NCBI GenBank assembly: GCA_963826715.1
Contig: CAWGYA010000008.1
Location: 160,001 to 224,000 of the forward strand
Direction: 5' to 3'
DNA: 64,000 nt
Origin: Candidatus Bathyarchaeota archaeon
GTDB lineage: Archaea > Thermoproteota > Bathyarchaeia > Bathyarchaeales > Bathycorpusculaceae
The position numbers and the translations under genes were made by a program. Shown here piece after piece: positions 61,542-64,000 of the stretch. The notes beneath the pieces were generated by a model that was given only the letters and a program-made list of their open reading frames with translations, was not told the origin of the DNA and searched no databases. Within the stretch, counting starts at the first letter, position 1. The number at the start of each line of letters is the position of its first letter.

Positions 61542-61997
61542 TTAACGTTTCCTCCATAGGTCATGTTCTTTCAGATTGCGTTCCAGCTCTGCGATAGAGT
61601 CAAATCTGCCGCTGCCAGCTATACGATAGTATTGGGTGTAGGTAGCTTCGGTTATAACTCGGCTAGCTTTAAGAGCCCGCAACTTCCGTCGTAATGAACG
61701 GATTTTTATCATCCAGGCATCTTTCTGGGTAACTTTGGCGTGGCTTGCACCTGTGACGCTTCCTGGACCACTTCGTCTACCTAAGCGTTTTTTGGCGCGT
61801 ATAATTTTTGCTCTTGAGCGGCTAACGCCTTTCTCAGGCAGTGAAACAATAACTTTTTCGTGAATGAGCTTTCGGACCTCTTCACGGGTTATAGCACCAT
61901 CTACATCATCAATGCGCTCGGGGTCTATCCAAACCCGGTTCTTCCCAATCTTTAGAATCTGCGCAGCTAATCGTCGTTGTCCAGTTAGGTTTGTCAT
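61542..61997 (-). CDS. rpl19e: 50S ribosomal protein eL19
   Basis: QRRLAAQILKIGKNRVWIDP. Confidence 0.97.
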   Translation of the reverse strand: MTNLTGQRRLAAQILKIGKNRVWIDPERIDDVDGAITREEVRKLIHEKVIVSLPEKGVSRSRAKIIRAKKRLGRRSGPGSVTGASHAKVTQKDAWMIKIRSLRRKLRALKASRVITEATYTQYYRIAGSGRFDSIAELERNLKEHDLWRKR

Positions 61998-62608
61998 TAC
62001 TTCTTCTCCTTACTTTTGGATTTAGGTTTCTTTTTCTTTTCTTTTTTAGGCGCCTTAGTCTCTTTCTTTTTCTCTTTCTGAGGCATCTTCTTTACTGGCT
62101 TGGATACTTTCGGGGTTTCTTTAGACTCGGCTACAGTGCCTTCTTTTGCTTGCTCAGTGGTTTCTTCAACCTCTGCTTCTTCTGCTTCAGTTTCTTCTTC
62201 TTGGGATTCAGCGGTAATTTTTATGTTCAAGATTTTTAGGTTAAGTTCTTTAGCCTTTGCGATGATTTCGGCACGTTTGCGTTTGCCCACGGTGTGAGCG
62301 ATGCGTACAGCTTGTGTTGTAGGAATAATATTGGACAACCCTGCTACGTTGTTAACTATTACTTCTCGGTAACCTGAGGGGTGCAGAAATCGGGCGCACT
62401 TAGGTCCTTTGTAGCCAACACTTGGTCCTGGAGGCCAGCCCTTAATTTTTCTGCGGATTTTGTTGTCGAGTCCGCGGGGTTTACGCCAACTTAGACTGAA
62501 GCGAGAATATTTCCAACTTTCAGCTCGGACAAAGTTAGGTTTCTTATTTTTAGCGCGTGTCCTAAGTCTTAGTTCTTTTTGTGAGGGGGAAACTTTCTTT
62601 TCTGCCAT
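61997..62608 (-). CDS. rpl32e: 50S ribosomal protein eL32 with acidic-then-basic tail
   Basis: WRKPRGLDNKIR, LHPSG. Confidence 0.96.
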   Translation of the reverse strand: MAEKKVSPSQKELRLRTRAKNKKPNFVRAESWKYSRFSLSWRKPRGLDNKIRRKIKGWPPGPSVGYKGPKCARFLHPSGYREVIVNNVAGLSNIIPTTQAVRIAHTVGKRKRAEIIAKAKELNLKILNIKITAESQEEETEAEEAEVEETTEQAKEGTVAESKETPKVSKPVKKMPQKEKKKETKAPKKEKKKKPKSKSKEKK

Positions 62609-63153
62609 TATGCCATTCCTTCGTTTCTTTCATAGGTATAAATGCCATCAAGGAAAACTCGTGGATCTTTTCCTCTAACCTTTGTCGACTGCTCAATGTT
62701 GGCAGCGGTTTGGCTAACTTGTTCAAGGTTTACGCCCTCGATGATAATGTCTTCTGCTTCGATTTTGACTTTGGCATCACCTAAGATTTTGACTCTACGG
62801 GGTCTGCGTTCACCTGTGAAGTTTTCAATTAAAACGAAATTATCTTGCTGCTTTATTGAAATCGGAAAGTGGGAGAAGACAATTTTCATCTTGTAGGAGT
62901 AGCCTTTAGTAACTCCTGTTATCATGTTTCTGATGTGTGAATCTATTGTTCCGACAAGCGCAGCTTCCTTCTTACGTGGCCATTTTGCCCAAATTCGGAC
63001 GTTTTTACCTTCGCCATCTATAGATACAGTGGCAAACGAGAAGTCACGCGTGAGGTTTCCTTTAGCGCCTTTAACGCTGATTATTTTATCTTTTACAGTC
63101 AAATCTACGTCATCAGGAACTTCAATGGTTCGAGATACTTCGGGAAGCCGCAT
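62608..63153 (-). CDS. rpl6: 50S ribosomal protein uL6
   Basis: NMITGVT.GY, HFP, DPRVFLDGIY. Confidence 0.97.
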   Translation of the reverse strand: MRLPEVSRTIEVPDDVDLTVKDKIISVKGAKGNLTRDFSFATVSIDGEGKNVRIWAKWPRKKEAALVGTIDSHIRNMITGVTKGYSYKMKIVFSHFPISIKQQDNFVLIENFTGERRPRRVKILGDAKVKIEAEDIIIEGVNLEQVSQTAANIEQSTKVRGKDPRVFLDGIYTYERNEGMA

Positions 63154-63165
63154 ATGTTACACTCC

Positions 63166-63549
63166 TTAATATATGAAGGCTAAAAGCCTTCCTCCAAGAT
63201 TCTTTTCTTCTGCATCTTTGTGAGCGATAACACCTTTAGACGTTGAAACAACCATTATGCCAACGTCGCGTGATGGCAGGAATTTCTTTTCCCAGTCCTC
63301 ATATTTTGTGGCTTTTACAGCAAATCTGGGTTTAACGGGACCACATTTGTTTATTCTGCCAAGGAGCTGAACTTTGAATTTTCCTTGACGTCCATCGTCG
63401 ATGAATTCAAATTCGCCTATGTAGCCGTTAAGCTGCATGATGCGCAATACACGGCCCAAAAGTTTAGACGCAGGGCTAATAATGCATTCGCGTTTGTTGC
63501 GTGTTTCGTTGTTTTTGATGGTGATAAGACCATTTGTTAAAGTGTCCAT
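63166..63549 (-). CDS. rps8: 30S ribosomal protein uS8
   Basis: PASKL, GYIGEFE, INKCG..KPRF, GGRLLA. Confidence 0.97.
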   Translation of the reverse strand: MDTLTNGLITIKNNETRNKRECIISPASKLLGRVLRIMQLNGYIGEFEFIDDGRQGKFKVQLLGRINKCGPVKPRFAVKATKYEDWEKKFLPSRDVGIMVVSTSKGVIAHKDAEEKNLGGRLLAFIY

Positions 63550-63566
63550 TTTCTTTCTTTTAGCTC

Positions 63567-63731
63567 CTACTCATATTTTTTGAACCCTAATTTTGGTGCA
63601 GCTTCTCTAAAACAGTGCCTACATAGATATAAATTGTAACGTCGGATAACTGGACCAAACGAACCACATCTTACACATGGTCGTGAACCTTTGCCGTATT
63701 TTCGAACTTTTTTTACTTGCTGTTTTCCCAT
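63567..63731 (-). CDS. rps14: 30S ribosomal protein uS14 (Zn type)
   Basis: Manual translation: [13 protein letters not shown]...LCRHCFRE...LGFKKYE. Confidence 0.96.
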   Translation of the reverse strand: MGKQQVKKVRKYGKGSRPCVRCGSFGPVIRRYNLYLCRHCFREAAPKLGFKKYE

Positions 63732-63747
63732 AAATTCACACTCTGTT

Positions 63748-64000
63748 TTAGACGATTTCTACTCCTAACGTTTGTTTTATGAAGAGAATCGATTCTTCGG
63801 GTGTTAGCACATGTTTCGGCCCCAAGGATTTGCTCTGGCGTTTACGAATTTTAATGCGCTGGCCAGGTCGATTAACAGTTACGCAGATATCCATGCCGAA
63901 TATGCCTATTTCAGGATCATATTTGACTCCTGGAATTTCGATGTGCTCTTTGAGTCCAAAGCTAAAGTTTCCGCGGATATCAAATGATCTTCTTGCTAAT
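63748..64000 (-). CDS. rpl5: 50S ribosomal protein uL5, C-terminal part (start lies beyond the window end)
   Basis: [33 protein letters not shown]. Confidence 0.96.
   Translation of the reverse strand, partial: LARRSFDIRGNFSFGLKEHIEIPGVKYDPEIGIFGMDICVTVNRPGQRIKIRKRQSKSLGPKHVLTPEESILFIKQTLGVEIV

Overview
Archaeal chromosome segment. TBP, Spt5, SecE/SecY, DtdA, eL19/eL32 and a Cren7-like chromatin protein point to a TACK archaeon, most likely Bathyarchaeia (inference from gene content). Left to right: a divergent urea-utilisation locus (ureA-ureB-partial ureC versus urea transporter and Amt) with a GlnR/TnrA-like palindrome between the two units; a decayed PAS histidine kinase; rnz, an aKMT-like methyltransferase, an Lhr helicase and cren7; a ~10.7 kb integrated element (about 14383-25073) between cren7 and tbp; then housekeeping and metabolic genes (pyrE, larA, mgsA, the uL10/uL1/uL11/spt5/secE cluster, dtdA, argF, fprA, frameshifted ilvC), a glycosyltransferase/radical SAM cluster, and the distal spc-type ribosomal protein operon with insertions. 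The element is the main point of interest. It has perfect 14-bp inverted ends flanked by a 13-bp direct repeat, no tRNA target, a tyrosine recombinase, and an AAA+/wHTH protein next to an iteron-like repeat. Its left part is an array of unrelated defence-like genes (Ntn protease-like, TIR-TM, HExxH, HEPN-like) separated by a recurring GCAAAAACTTAAA/hairpin motif, which suggests a non-canonical integron-like cassette array. All calls come from reading motifs by eye; no database searches were run.
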